Origin: Eledone cirrhosa
Lineage: Eukaryota
Reading direction: 5' to 3'
NCBI GenBank assembly: GCA_964016885.1
Contig: OZ024758.1
Span: 23,932,001-23,996,000, forward strand
Length of the DNA stretch: 64,000 nt
Shown here: one piece after another, positions 50,001-61,682 of the stretch
Layout of the letters: each line of letters starts with the position of its first letter
Numbering within the stretch: position 1 is the first letter of the stretch
Program-made: the position numbers and the translations under genes
The notes under the pieces: model-generated
The model's database searches: none
Told to the model about the DNA's origin: nothing
What the model saw: the letters and a program-made list of their open reading frames with translations, nothing else

Positions 50001-53000
50001 GGTAGTTAAGTTATGAGGCCCTGTGGTAGTTTAGTTATGAGGTTCTGTGGTAGTTAAGTTATGAGGTTCTGTGGTAGTTAAGTTATGAGGCCCTGTGGTA
50101 GTTAAGTTATGAGGCCCTGTGGTAGTTAAGTTATGAGGTCCTGTGGTAGTTAAGTTATGAGGTCCTGTGGTAGTTAAGTTATGAGGTTCTGTGGTAGTTA
50201 AGTTATGAGGCCTTGTGGTAGTTAAGTTATGAGGTTCTGTGGTAGTTAAGTTATGAGGCCTTGTGGTAGTTAAGTTATGAGGCCGTGTGGTAGTTAAGTT
50301 ATGAGGTTCTGTGGTAGTTAAGTTATGAGGTCCTGTGGTAGTTAAGTTATGAGGTTCTGTGGTAGTTAAGTTATGAGGCCTTGTGGTAGTTAAGTTATGA
50401 GGTTCTGTGGTAGTTAAGTTATGAGGCCTTGTGGTAGTTAAGTTATGAGGCCGTGTGGTAGTTAAGTTATGAGGTTCTGTGGTAGTTAAGTTATGAGGTT
50501 CTGTGGTAGTTAAGTTATGAGGTTCTGTGGTAGTTAAGTTATGAGGCCCTGTGGTAGTTAAGTTATGAGGCCCTGTGGTAGTTAAGTTATGAGGTCCTGT
50601 GGTAGTTAAGTTATGAGGCCTTGTGGTAGTTAAGTTATGAGGCCGTGTGGTAGTTAAGTTATGAGGTTCTGTGGTAGTTAAGTTATGAGGTTCTGTGGTA
50701 GTTAAGTTATGAGGTTCTGTGGTAGTTAAGTTATGAGGCCCTGTGGTAGTTAAGTTATGAGGCCCTGTGGTAGTTAAATTATGAGGTCCTGTGGTAGTTA
50801 AGTTATGAGGTCCTGTGGTAGTTAAGTTATGAGGTTCTGTGGTAGTTAAGTTATGAGGCCTTGTGGTAGTTAAGTTATGAGGTTCTGTGGTAGTTAAGTT
50901 ATGAGGTCCTGTGGTAGTTAAGTTATGAGGTTCTGTGGTAGTTAAGTTATGAGGCCTTGTGGTAGTTAAGTTATGAGGTTCTGTGGTAGTTAAGTTATGA
51001 GGCCTTGTGGTAGTTAAGTTATGAGGCCGTGTGGTAGTTAAGTTATGAGGTTCTGTGGTAGTTAAGTTATGAGGTTCTGTGGTAGTTAAGTTATGAGGTT
51101 CTGTGGTAGTTAAGTTATGAGGCCTTGTGGTAGTTAAGTTATGAGGTTCTGTGGTAGTTAAGTTATGAGGCCTTGTGGTAGTTAAGTTATGAGGTTCTGT
51201 GGTAGTTAAGTTATGAGGCCGTGTGGTAGTTAAGTTATGAGGTCCTGTGGTAGTTAAGTTATGAGGTTCTGTGGTAGTTAAGTTATGAGGTTCTGTGGTA
51301 GTTAAGTTATGAGGTTCTGTGGTAGTTAAGTTATGAGGCCTTGTGGTAGTTAAGTTATGAGGTTCTGTGGTAGTTAAGTTATGAGGTTCTGTGGTAGTTA
51401 AGTTATGAGGCCCTGTGGTAGTTAAGTTATGAGGCCCTGTGGTAGTTAAGTTATGAGGTTCTGTGGTAGTTAAGTTATGAGGTTCTGTGGTAGTTAAGTT
51501 ATGAGGCCCTGTGGTAGTTAAGTTATGAGGCCCTGTGGTAGTTAAGTTATGAGGTTCTGTGGTAGTTAAGTTATGAGGCCCTGTGGTAGTTAAGTTATGA
51601 GGCCGTGTGGTAGTTAAGTTATGAGACCCTGTTCTAGTTAAGTTATGAGGTTCTGTGGTAGTTAAGTTATGAGGCCTTGTGGTAGTTAAGTTATGAGGTC
51701 CTGTGGTAGTTAAGTTATGAGGCCCTGTGGTAGTTAAGTTATGAGGCCCTGTGGTAGTTAAGTTATGAGGTCCTGTGGTAGTTAAGTTATGAGGCCGTGT
51801 GGTAGTTAAGTTATGAGGTTCTGTGGTAGTTAAGTTATGAGGCCCTGTGGTAGTTAAGTTATGAGGCCGTGTGGTAGTTAAGTTATGAGGTCCTGTGGTA
51901 GTTAAGTTATGAGGCCCTGTGGTAGTTAAGTTATGAGGCCCTGTGGTAGTTAAGTTATGAGGTTCTGTGGTAGTTAAGTTATGAGGCCCTGTGGTAGTTA
52001 AGTTATGAGGCCCTGTGGTAGTTAAGTTATGAGGCCCTGTGGTAGTCAAGTTATGAGGCCTTGTGGTAGTTAAGTTATGAGGCCTTGTGGTAGTTAAGTT
52101 ATGAGGCCCTGTGGTAGTTAAGTTATGAGGTTCTGTGGTAGTTAAGTTATGAGGCCCTGTGGTAGTTAAGTTATGAGGTTCTGTGGTAGTTAAGTTATGA
52201 GGTTCTGTGGTAGTTAAGTTATGAGGCCCTGTGGTAGTTAAGTTATGAGACCCTGTGGTAGTTAAGTTATGAGGCCCTGTGGTAGTTAAGTTATGAGGTC
52301 CTGTGGTAGTTAAGTTATGAGGCCCTGTGGTAGTTAAGTTATGAGGTTCTGTGGTAGTTAAGTTATGAGGCCCTGTGGTAGTTAAGTTATGAGGCCGTGT
52401 GGTAGTTAAGTTATGAGGTCCTGTGGTAGTTAAGTTATGAGGCCTTGTGGTAGTTAAGTTATGAGGTTCTGTGGTAGTTAAGTTTTGAGGCCCTGTGGTA
52501 GTTAAGTTATGAGGCCCTGTGGTAGTTAAGTTATGAGGCCCTGTGGTAGTTAAGTTATGAGGTTCTGTGGTAGTTAAGTTATGAGGCCCTGTGATAGTTA
52601 AGTTATGAGACCCTGTGGTAGTTAAGTTATGAGGCCCTGTGGTAGTTAAGTTATGAGGTTCTGTGGTAGTTAAGTTATGAGGCCCTGTGGTAGTTAAGTT
52701 ATGAGACCCTGTGGTAGTTAAGTTATGAGGCCCTGTGGTAGTTAAGTTATGAGGCCTTGTGGTAGTTAAGTTATGAGGTTCTGTGGTAGTTAAGTTTTGA
52801 GGCCCTGTGGTAGTTAAGTTATGAGGCCCTGTGGTAGTTAAGTTATGAGGCCCTGTGGTAGTTAAGTTATGAGGTTCTGTGGTAGTTAAGTTATGAGGCC
52901 CTGTGATAGTTAAGTTATGAGACCCTGTGGTAGTTAAGTTATGAGGCCCTGTGGTAGTTAAGTTATGAGGCCTTGTGGTAGTTAAGTTATGAGGTTCTGT

Positions 53001-53809
53001 GGTAGTTAAGTTATGAGGCCCTCTGGTAGTTAAGTTATGAGGCCCTGTGGTAGTTAAGTTATGAGGCCTTGTGGTAGTTAAGTTATGAGGTTCTGTGGTA
53101 GTTAAGTTATGAGGCCCTGTGATAGTTAAGTTATGAGACCCTGTGGTAGTTAAGTTATGAGGCCCTGTGGTAGTTAAGTTATGAGGCCTTGTGGTAGTTA
53201 AGTTATGAGGTTCTGTGGTAGTTAAGTTATGAGGCCCTGTGATAGTTAAGTTATGAGACCCTGTGGTAGTTAAGTTATGAGGCCCTGTGGTAGTTAAGTT
53301 ATGAGGCCTTGTGGTAGTTAAGTTATGAGGCCCTGTGATAGTTAAGTTATGAGACCCTGTGGTAGTTAAGTTATGAGGCCCTGTGGTAGTTAAGTTATGA
53401 GGCCTTGTGGTAGTTAAGTTATGAGGTTCTGTGGTAGTTAAGTTATGAGGCCCTGTGATAGTTAAGTTATGAGACCCTGTGGTAGTTAAGTTATGAGGCC
53501 CTGTGGTAGTTAAGTTATGAGGCCTTGTGGTAGTTAAGTTATGAGGCCCTGTGGTAGTTAAGTTATGAGGCCTTGTGGTAGTTAAGTTATGAGGTTCTGT
53601 GGTAGTTAAGTTATGAGGCCCTGTGGTAGTTAAGTTATGAGGTTCTGTGGTAGTTAAGTTATGAGGCCCTGTGGTAGTTAAGTTATGAGGCCTCTTACTT
53701 GGGCCCTGAAGGAGGTAAAACATTTTTTTTGCGGGAAGAAGGGCTCCCTTCCTTGCCAACAGGGCCCTGTGCTTAAGCACACCTAAGCCCAATGGTAAAT
53801 CGGGCACTG
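38064..53809. mobile_element. hAT-like MITE inflated to 15.7 kb by an internal tandem array
   Basis: TIRs aaatgccagattta (38064) and taaatcgggcactg (53796-53809) match 11/14. TSD actctacc 38056-38063 and actctgcc 53810-53817. Confidence 0.75.
38085..53692. repeat. 24-bp minisatellite (ggccctgtggtagttaagttatga)n, ~650 copies, with ~4.2-kb higher-order repeats
   Basis: Direct inspection. Rare variants recur at ~4200-bp spacing (tagtcaag at 43599, 47799, 52047). Confidence 0.98.
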
Positions 53810-54167
53810 ACTCTGCCTCTCGGGGCTTCCACTTGCGGGTAGTAGTGAGTAGGGATTTAAGTATAAAGCATCAGTAACTTCATTACAACTCATTTTATAG
53901 TCATGAGAATGTGTATTTAAAAGAGGTGATATACGATAAATATCTATTTGTAGAGAAACTACAAGATTTAGCTGCAGTTGCATAAACATGTAAATATACA
54001 GATGTATGTAAACATGTCGCTTTTTTTTTTATTTATTTCTCTGCGAATCGATAAACAGGTAATGATCTAATTCGTGTTTTGACTGTAACTGAAGCCATCG
54101 TCAGGGACCTAACTCGTACTGTTTCTATACAGATATATATTTATTGTTCATTCTATTTATTGTATAC

Positions 54168-54336
54168 AGAGAGAGAGAGGGGGAAGAGAGAGGGGTGAAA
54201 GAGAGAGAGAGGGGAGAGCGTTAGACATAGAAAGGCAGAGAGAGAGAGAAAGGCAGAGAGAGAGAGTGAAAGGCAGAGAGAGAGAGAAATGCAGTGAGAG
54301 ATAGAAATGCAGAGAGAGAGAAATACAGAGAGAGAG

Positions 54337-54382
<46 letters not shown>

Positions 54383-54490
54383 GCAGAGAGAGAGAAATAC
54401 AGAGAGAGAGAGAGATGCAGAGAGAGAGAGAGAAATGCAGAGAGAGAGAGACATATAAATACAGAGAGACAGAGAGAGAGAGAGTTAGAC
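54168..54490. repeat. (GA)n-rich tract
   Basis: Direct inspection. Confidence 0.9.
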
Positions 54491-55834
54491 AAAGAAAATG
54501 TCAGTTATGACTTGTAAGGAAGAAATACAGAGCCAGCAGTGATTGGAAACTTTCTTTGAGGGATAACTACATCCAATTCAAGTGTTTAGAATTTACAGGT
54601 TTTACACATTCATCTCGTCTTTTCTTCAATGTCTCTTTGTACACAAAACCAGGTTCTTTGACTTGTATTTCAGAGGAATATATGTGAAGTGAATTGCCTC
54701 TAAAGGGAAATGGATCTTCGTTAGCAAACAAAGCTAGCCGGAAGTTGGTTTCTATAGAATTATCTACCTCCAATTGGATACATATTATATAAACACATAC
54801 AAAGACACATGCACACATGCATAGTTACGTACATACATACTTATTTACATACATATACATACACACACATGCATACTTATTTACATACATATACATACAC
54901 ACACATGCATACTTACATACATAGTTACATACATACATATAAAAACATAGTTACATACATACATATACAAACATACACACATACATTCATGCATAAACAT
55001 ACACACTAAACATACATGCTTAGGTGTATACACACACACACACGCACATACGTATTTGTACAGTATATTGTCTTAAGTATTTGACTAAACGAAAATACGA
55101 AGCTATAATAACTTACTACTACTACTACTCATCATCATCATCATCATCATTCGTCGACTACTGTCGAGATGATGGATGCCCCAGAATTCCCTGTCCCCCA
55201 TCGCCGCCCCCAGGCCCTGTCTACTGATTCCCGTATCCCTAGAGATAACGTCAGGGAATGACAGCTTCCTACTCCTAGTCAGGCTGGAGTCAGGGTACCA
55301 CTACTACCAGAACCATTACTACTACTACTGCTACTACAAGTAATGGCTTCCAATAACAAAAACCTTTTGGGGAAAGGGGAATGTCGATTATACCAACCCC
55401 CAGTACTTTACTGGTATTTTATGTATTGATCTCAGAAGCGTTTGAAACCAGAACTCAGAAGGTTGTAACAAAATTCTGTAATGTAGTTCAACCGCCGCAC
55501 TATTCCGCAAATCCACAGCTCTACTATTACTTCTAATAAATCTGTCCCACATTAATACATGGCTAACAATCTGGGGTAAAGGGAGAGGCGATTATATCGA
55601 CCCCCAGTATTCAAATAGTTATTTATTTTATCGACCCCAAAAGGATGAAAAGTAAAGTTGACGTTGGCACGATTTGAAACCAAAATGTAGAGAGTCGTAA
55701 CAACATTCCATATTGCACTTACTACTACCACTACTACCAGTACCACTACTGCTACTACAAGTAATGGCTTCCAAGGACAAAAACCTTTTGGGAAAAGGGG
55801 AATGCTACTATTCCACCGCTCTACTGCTCCGAAC

Positions 55835-57030
55835 AATAATTATTTCTATATTTGGCACAAGGCCAGCAATTTTAAAGGGAAGGAGAAAGTCGATTAAATC
55901 GGCCCCAGGGTGTTCATTACTGGTACTTTATTTTATCGACCCTGTAAGGATGAAAGGCAAAGGTGACTTCAGTGGTATTTGAGTTTAGTACATAAAGGTC
56001 CGTAACTATATATCGCAAAGCATGTCATCCGACGCTCTACCATACTGCCAATCCATCGTCCTTCTGCTCAGAAAAATAATCGTACCTGATTTAGGCACAA
56101 GGCCAACAATTTTAGTGGCATTACTGGTACTTTATTTTATTAACCATGTAATAATTGTTTCTACTTTAGGCACAAGGCCAGCAATTTTAGTGGCATTACT
56201 GGTACTTTATTTTATTAACCATGTAATAATTGTTTCTACTTTAGGCACAAGGCCAGCAATTTTAGTGGCATTACTGGTACTTTATTTTATTAACCATGTA
56301 ATAATTGTTTCTACTTTTGGCACAAGGCCAACAATTTTAGTGGCATTACTGGTACTTTATTTTATTAACCATGTAATAATTGTTTCTACTTTTGGCACAA
56401 GGCCAACAATTTTAGTGGCATTACTGGTACTTTATTTTATTAACCATGTAATAATTGTTTCTACTTTAGGCACAAGGCCAGCAATTTTAGTGGCATTACT
56501 GGTACTTTATTTTATTAACCATGTAATAATTGTTTCTACTTTTGGCACAAGGCCAGCAATTACCCAGTGCCTTACTGGTACTTTTATCGACCCCGTAAGG
56601 ATGAAAGGCAAAGTTAACCTCGGCGGGATTTGAACTCAGAATAGCAAGGGCTGTAACTCTATGCGTCAAAGCATGGCGTCCGACCCTCTACCGATATTGT
56701 CAATCCAACCGAGTAATAATTGTTTCTACTTTTGGCACAAGGCCAGCAATTACGCAGTACATTACTGGTACTTTATTTTATCGAAACCGTAATGATGAAA
56801 GGCAAAGTTAATCTCGGTGGGATTTGAACTCAGTTCGTAAAGGGACGTAAGTGTGCTGCAAAGCATGGCGTCTGACCCTCTACCGATACTGCCAATCCAC
56901 CACCATCCGTGTAATAATGAAAGACAAAACTAACCTCGGCGAGATTTGACCCCAGAACGTAAAGAGCTGTATCATAATATCATAAAGCTTGTTATTTGAT
57001 GCTCTACCGATCCTTCCAATCCACCGCCCT
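55835..57030 (-). mobile_element. SINE family 1 cluster including a SINE-derived 75-bp tandem repeat (56076-56590)
   Basis: Unit ataattgtttctactttaggcacaaggccagcaattttagtggcattactggtactttattttattaaccatgta, ~6.5 copies, running into a complete SINE. Confidence 0.85.
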
Positions 57031-57565
57031 TCAGCTCAGAAAAACAACAAAAAGAAGACATAAAAAGTTATTTACTGCCACAGTTCAATAATTTAATAGT
57101 AATGAAACAAAATCGAAATAATCTGAAAGTTTATTACCGGATGATTTAATATAAAACGAAGACTATAATTAAATGCAATCAACTGAATTCAATATCTTTC
57201 GATAGTAATTTCAAAATGGCGGATGTCTGCAATATAACGTCACGTGTAAGAGATAATAATTTCGTATCTCTATATCGAGGGAAGACATTTTGTCTAATAA
57301 TTTGCATGGTTAAATTTTCCTCGATAATTACAGCTACATTTCCTCTAGGGTAGGTCCGGAAATAATTATAATTTTTATCGTTTTTATTTAATCACGAATA
57401 GACGAAAGACATTTCCGTGTAGTTAAATGGTACGTCTCGCAACGACAGGGTGTGGTGTGGTGTGGTGTGGTGTAATATCGAGTTCACTCCAACCAGTGAT
57501 TTGGAGGTGAAATTTGGTAGACGGAAACACCGCAGAAGACTGTTGCACACACACATATATATATA

Positions 57566-57676
57566 TAGGAACAAGTAAGACCCCGACGACTTGTTCCTAT
57601 TACCCACTCTACTACCCTAAGTATTGAGTACTTTGGTGCGTTATGGTCCACCTGGTTCCTTACCACATTTCCTTCG

Positions 57677-57678
<2 letters not shown>
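57566..57678 (-). mobile_element. Fold-back family A, centre-deleted copy
   Basis: taggaacaagtaagaccccgacg|acttgttccta followed by the reverse-complement leader, between (TA)n runs. Confidence 0.7.
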
Positions 57679-57767
<89 letters not shown>

Positions 57768-57805
57768 AGGAGGTTATAGTTCACTTGAAGCATTGTGTAA
57801 TGAGG

Positions 57806-58003
57806 TATAAACGTTTGAATATGTATAATAAAGCCAAAACAATGCAGGTATGGACATAGAAAAAAGAATGCAATTGCAAAAGATATTGTTGACAATTCGT
57901 CTTTTACCTTAGATTTATTTAAATAAATTTATTTAAATAAATTTATTTAAATAAATCTAAGGTAAAAGATTTGTTTTGGCTTTATTATACATATTCAAAC
58001 GTT

Positions 58004-58007
<4 letters not shown>
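57806..58007. repeat. Nested inverted repeats next to (TA)n
   Basis: Outer tataaacgtttgaatatgtataataaagccaaaacaa and its reverse complement. Inner palindrome 57900-57969. Confidence 0.8.
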
Positions 58008-58036
<29 letters not shown>

Positions 58037-58042
58037 ATATAT

Positions 58043-58213
58043 AACGAAGGAAATGTGGTAAGGAACCAGGTGGACCATAACGCACCAAAGTACTCAATAC
58101 TTAGGGTAGTAGAGTGGGTAATAGGAACCAGTAAGACCCCGACGGCTGAGCTCAAGCCGTTTCGAATTAGCCGTCGAAACGGCTTGAGCTCAGCCGTCGG
58201 GGTCTTACTGGTT

Positions 58214-58217
<4 letters not shown>
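58043..58217. mobile_element. Fold-back family A copy
   Basis: Leader plus palindrome with a partial central deletion, between (TA)n runs. Confidence 0.75.
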
Positions 58218-58302
<85 letters not shown>

Positions 58303-58412
58303 GTTAGTTCCACAACGTAATAGCAAGCCATCTTCGAGGACACGTGTTTCACCGAACTCGTCCTATGGACTGACTGCTCTACTTACTACGGATATAACCT
58401 CCTAGTGTTCTA

Positions 58413-58464
<52 letters not shown>

Positions 58465-58689
58465 AGTGAAGGACCCCTAGACTTTGTCAGGGCATTCTTC
58501 TAGGAGAAGGCAACTCAGGAAAGTGGGATAAATCTGACATAAAACCTGCGGCTCAGTAGTTACCGATGATGTTGATCTTTTCTTCTTTTCGAGTTATAGC
58601 TACTGTCGCCCAGAGAGTGGGATTGGCTCAGTGCACAGTCTTTCCTCACTTTAAAAAATATCTTCACGCACAGGCATTGCACGATAGAA

Positions 58690-58887
58690 TTAATTGTTTC
58701 TACTTTAGGCACAAGGCCAGCAAATACCCAGTGCATTACTGGTACTTTATTTTATCGACCCCGTAAGGATGAAAGGCAAAGTCAACCTCGGCGGGATTTG
58801 AACTCAGATCGTAAAGGGACGTAACTATGCTGGAAAGCATGGCGTCCGACCTTCTACCGATACTGCCAATCCACCGCTGCCAATCCA
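58690..58887 (-). mobile_element. SINE family 1 with 17-bp TSD, nested in the unclassified repeat
   Basis: gcacgatagaattaatt on both sides. Confidence 0.85.
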
Positions 58888-59152
58888 CGCACGATAGAAT
58901 TAATTAATAATTATTAATAATGGTATATCGTGCAATGGCCATACTCGATAACGAGGGAGCAGTCATCATCATCATCATATATATATATATAGAAAAAAAG
59001 ATGAGATCGAAAATGCAACTGGAGGCTTATTTAAAAAAAAATATATACATTTATTTGGTTCCTTTACCGGTTTCGCAGTTCTTCTGCTTTTCAAAAGTAG
59101 AGTTGAGATGGAGGGTCTTTGGTTATTCTCTGATTATATATATATATATATA

Positions 59153-59275
59153 TATTAAAATAACAGATCAAAGTTTAAGCAAAGAACTGCTGCTTTCACC
59201 CTTAACAGGATCTTCTGAAACGTTAAGGTTGAAAGCAGCGATTCTTTGCTTAAACTTTGATCTGTTATTTTAATA
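59153..59275. repeat. Fold-back palindrome next to (TA)n
   Basis: Arms tattaaaataacagatcaaagtttaagcaaagaa...gctttcaccctt and aaggttgaaagc...tctgttattttaata. One arm also occurs at 35980-36032. Confidence 0.85.
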
Positions 59276-59356
59276 AATATTTGCTCTATGGTTGTATATA
59301 TTTGTATAATCCTTATCGAGCCCTCTTCGGATTTTAGTCTCCACATTTATTATTAT

Positions 59357-59480
<124 letters not shown>

Positions 59481-59784
59481 AAGAGTGTGCCTGTGTTTGT
59501 TTATGTCCTTTTATGTCCTATAATTTAGCGGTTTGAGAAAAAAAAAATCAATAAAATGACCACCAGACATAAATATTTAGTTGTCTAGATATGATCGAAT
59601 ATATACTAAGACGTTGCCCTATCATGGCCGCAGTAAAAGAACAAAACAATGAAACTAATAGCAGCTAATGAATCTTAGTTAAATTGATAAATTATTTTAT
59701 TTTGTAGCCACAAAGCAAGCAGACATTTCGTTGTAACTAAAATCTAACAGAGCTCATATTAAAGTTTATATGTTCCAACCATAT

Positions 59785-60570
59785 ACTTTCTCTCTCTCAC
59801 TCCCTCTCGCTCTCTTTAACCACTCACCTACTTTCTCTCTCACTCTCCCTCTCTTTACCCACTCACCTACTTTCTCTCTCTCTCTCTCTCTCCCACTCTC
59901 TTTCCCTCTCATTACCTACTCACCTACTTTCTCTCTCTCTCTCCCACTCTCTTTCCCTCTCATTACCTACTCACCTACTTTCTCTCTCACTCTCTTTCCT
60001 TCTCTTTACCCACTCACCTACTTTCTCTCTCCCACTCTCTTTCCCTCTCTTTACCCACTCACCTACTTTCTCTCTCTCTCTTGTCCACTCTCTTTACCAA
60101 CTCACCTACTTTCTCTCTCTCCCACTCTTTCCCTCTCTTTACCTACTCACCTACTTTCTCTCTCTCTCCCACTCTCTTTCTCTCTCTTTACCCACTCACC
60201 TACTTTCTCTCTCTCTCTCCCACTCTCTTTACCCACTCACCTATTTTATCTCTCTCTCTCTCTCTCGTCCACTCTCTTTCCCTCTCTTTAACCAATCACC
60301 TACTTTATCTCACTCTCTCTCTCCCACTATCTTTTCCTCTCATTCACTTCTCACCTACTTTTTCTCTCTCTCTCTCTCACCCACTCTCTTCCCCTCTCTT
60401 TCACCACTCACCTACCTTCTCTCTTTCTCACCCACTCACTTTCACCCCTCACCCACTTTCTTTCTCTCTCTCTCTCTCTCTCTCTCACATACACATTACT
60501 CCTCTCTCTCTCTTTCCCTTCGTCACCTACTTTCTCTCTCACTCAACCACACTTTCCCCTCTATCCCCCC
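59785..60570. repeat. Pyrimidine-rich (ctcacctactttctctc) low-complexity minisatellite
   Basis: Direct inspection. Confidence 0.9.
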
Positions 60571-60745
60571 CATCTCTCCCATCGGCACATAAACACTGTA
60601 AACCAGCTGTATCTTAATTATTGAATTTTAAAGAAACGTCTAACAGGTAAGACTGCTTCAGGGATGTCACATCCTTTTGACCTTCGTGTAAATATCATTA
60701 CAACTAACTTGTTATTTCGTTAAAGTGCACACACCCACGCGAGCG

Positions 60746-60829
<84 letters not shown>

Positions 60830-60924
60830 CAGGGTGACATAAAAATGTATACACACTCTAACAGCATTCTAGCAAATATTACCTGTATAGGTAATCAAAG
60901 TGTGTATACATTTTTGGGGACACC

Positions 60925-60994
<70 letters not shown>

Positions 60995-61085
60995 GGTGAC
61001 ATAAAAATGTATACACACTCTAACAGCATTCTAGCAAATATTACCTGTACAGGTAATCAAAGTGTGTATACATTTTTGGGGACAC

Positions 61086-61133
<48 letters not shown>

Positions 61134-61141
61134 TGTGTGTT

Positions 61142-61185
<44 letters not shown>

Positions 61186-61284
61186 TATATACAGGGTGAC
61201 ATAAAATGTATACTCACTCCAACAGCATTCTAGTAAATATTACCTGTACAGGTAATCAAAGTGTGTATACATTTTTGGGGACAC

Positions 61285-61288
<4 letters not shown>
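60830..61288. mobile_element. Three tandem ~98-bp Tc1/mariner-type MITEs (60830-60927, 60992-61089, 61192-61288)
   Basis: TIRs cagggtg..aaaatgtatacacact and agtgtgtatacatttt..gacaccctg, preceded by TA and separated by (TG)n(TA)n. Confidence 0.8.
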
Positions 61289-61350
<62 letters not shown>

Positions 61351-61403
61351 ATTGGCGGTAGCACTAAGGCGTATATATAAACATATGCATATATAGACAT
61401 ATA

Positions 61404-61565
61404 TAATTGTTTCTACTTTTGGGCACAAGGCCAGCAATAACCCAGTGTATTACTGGTACTTTATTTTATCGACCCCGTAAGGATGAAAGGCAAATTTAAC
61501 CTCGGCGGGATTCGAACTCAGAATGGCAAGGGCCGTAACTCTATGCGTCACAGCATAGCGTCCGA
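61404..61565 (-). mobile_element. SINE family 1
   Basis: Core and tail motifs. Confidence 0.8.
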
Positions 61566-61682
61566 TGTTTATATACAATAAACATATGGCAGGCCTCGCA
61601 CCCATACAAAAATATTTTTTCGTAACGAAATAAATTTTGTTGTCCAATTAAATAGATGATTCAAGCATCTTTATATAGAATA

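Noticed and set aside
38085-53692. CRISPR array or bona fide 3111-aa/1258-aa mucin gene
   Set aside because: There are no unique spacers and no cas genes, and the context is eukaryotic. The ORF has no signal peptide, has an internal stop and a frameshift, and lies within MITE termini.
56022-56633. 203-aa hydrophobic repeat ORF resembling a membrane protein
   Set aside because: Translation of a SINE-derived 75-bp tandem repeat.
58325-58375. Minus-strand GAAA-CACGTG-TC half-hammerhead
   Set aside because: The upstream core reads aggacga and no stem I is evident. Too degenerate to call.
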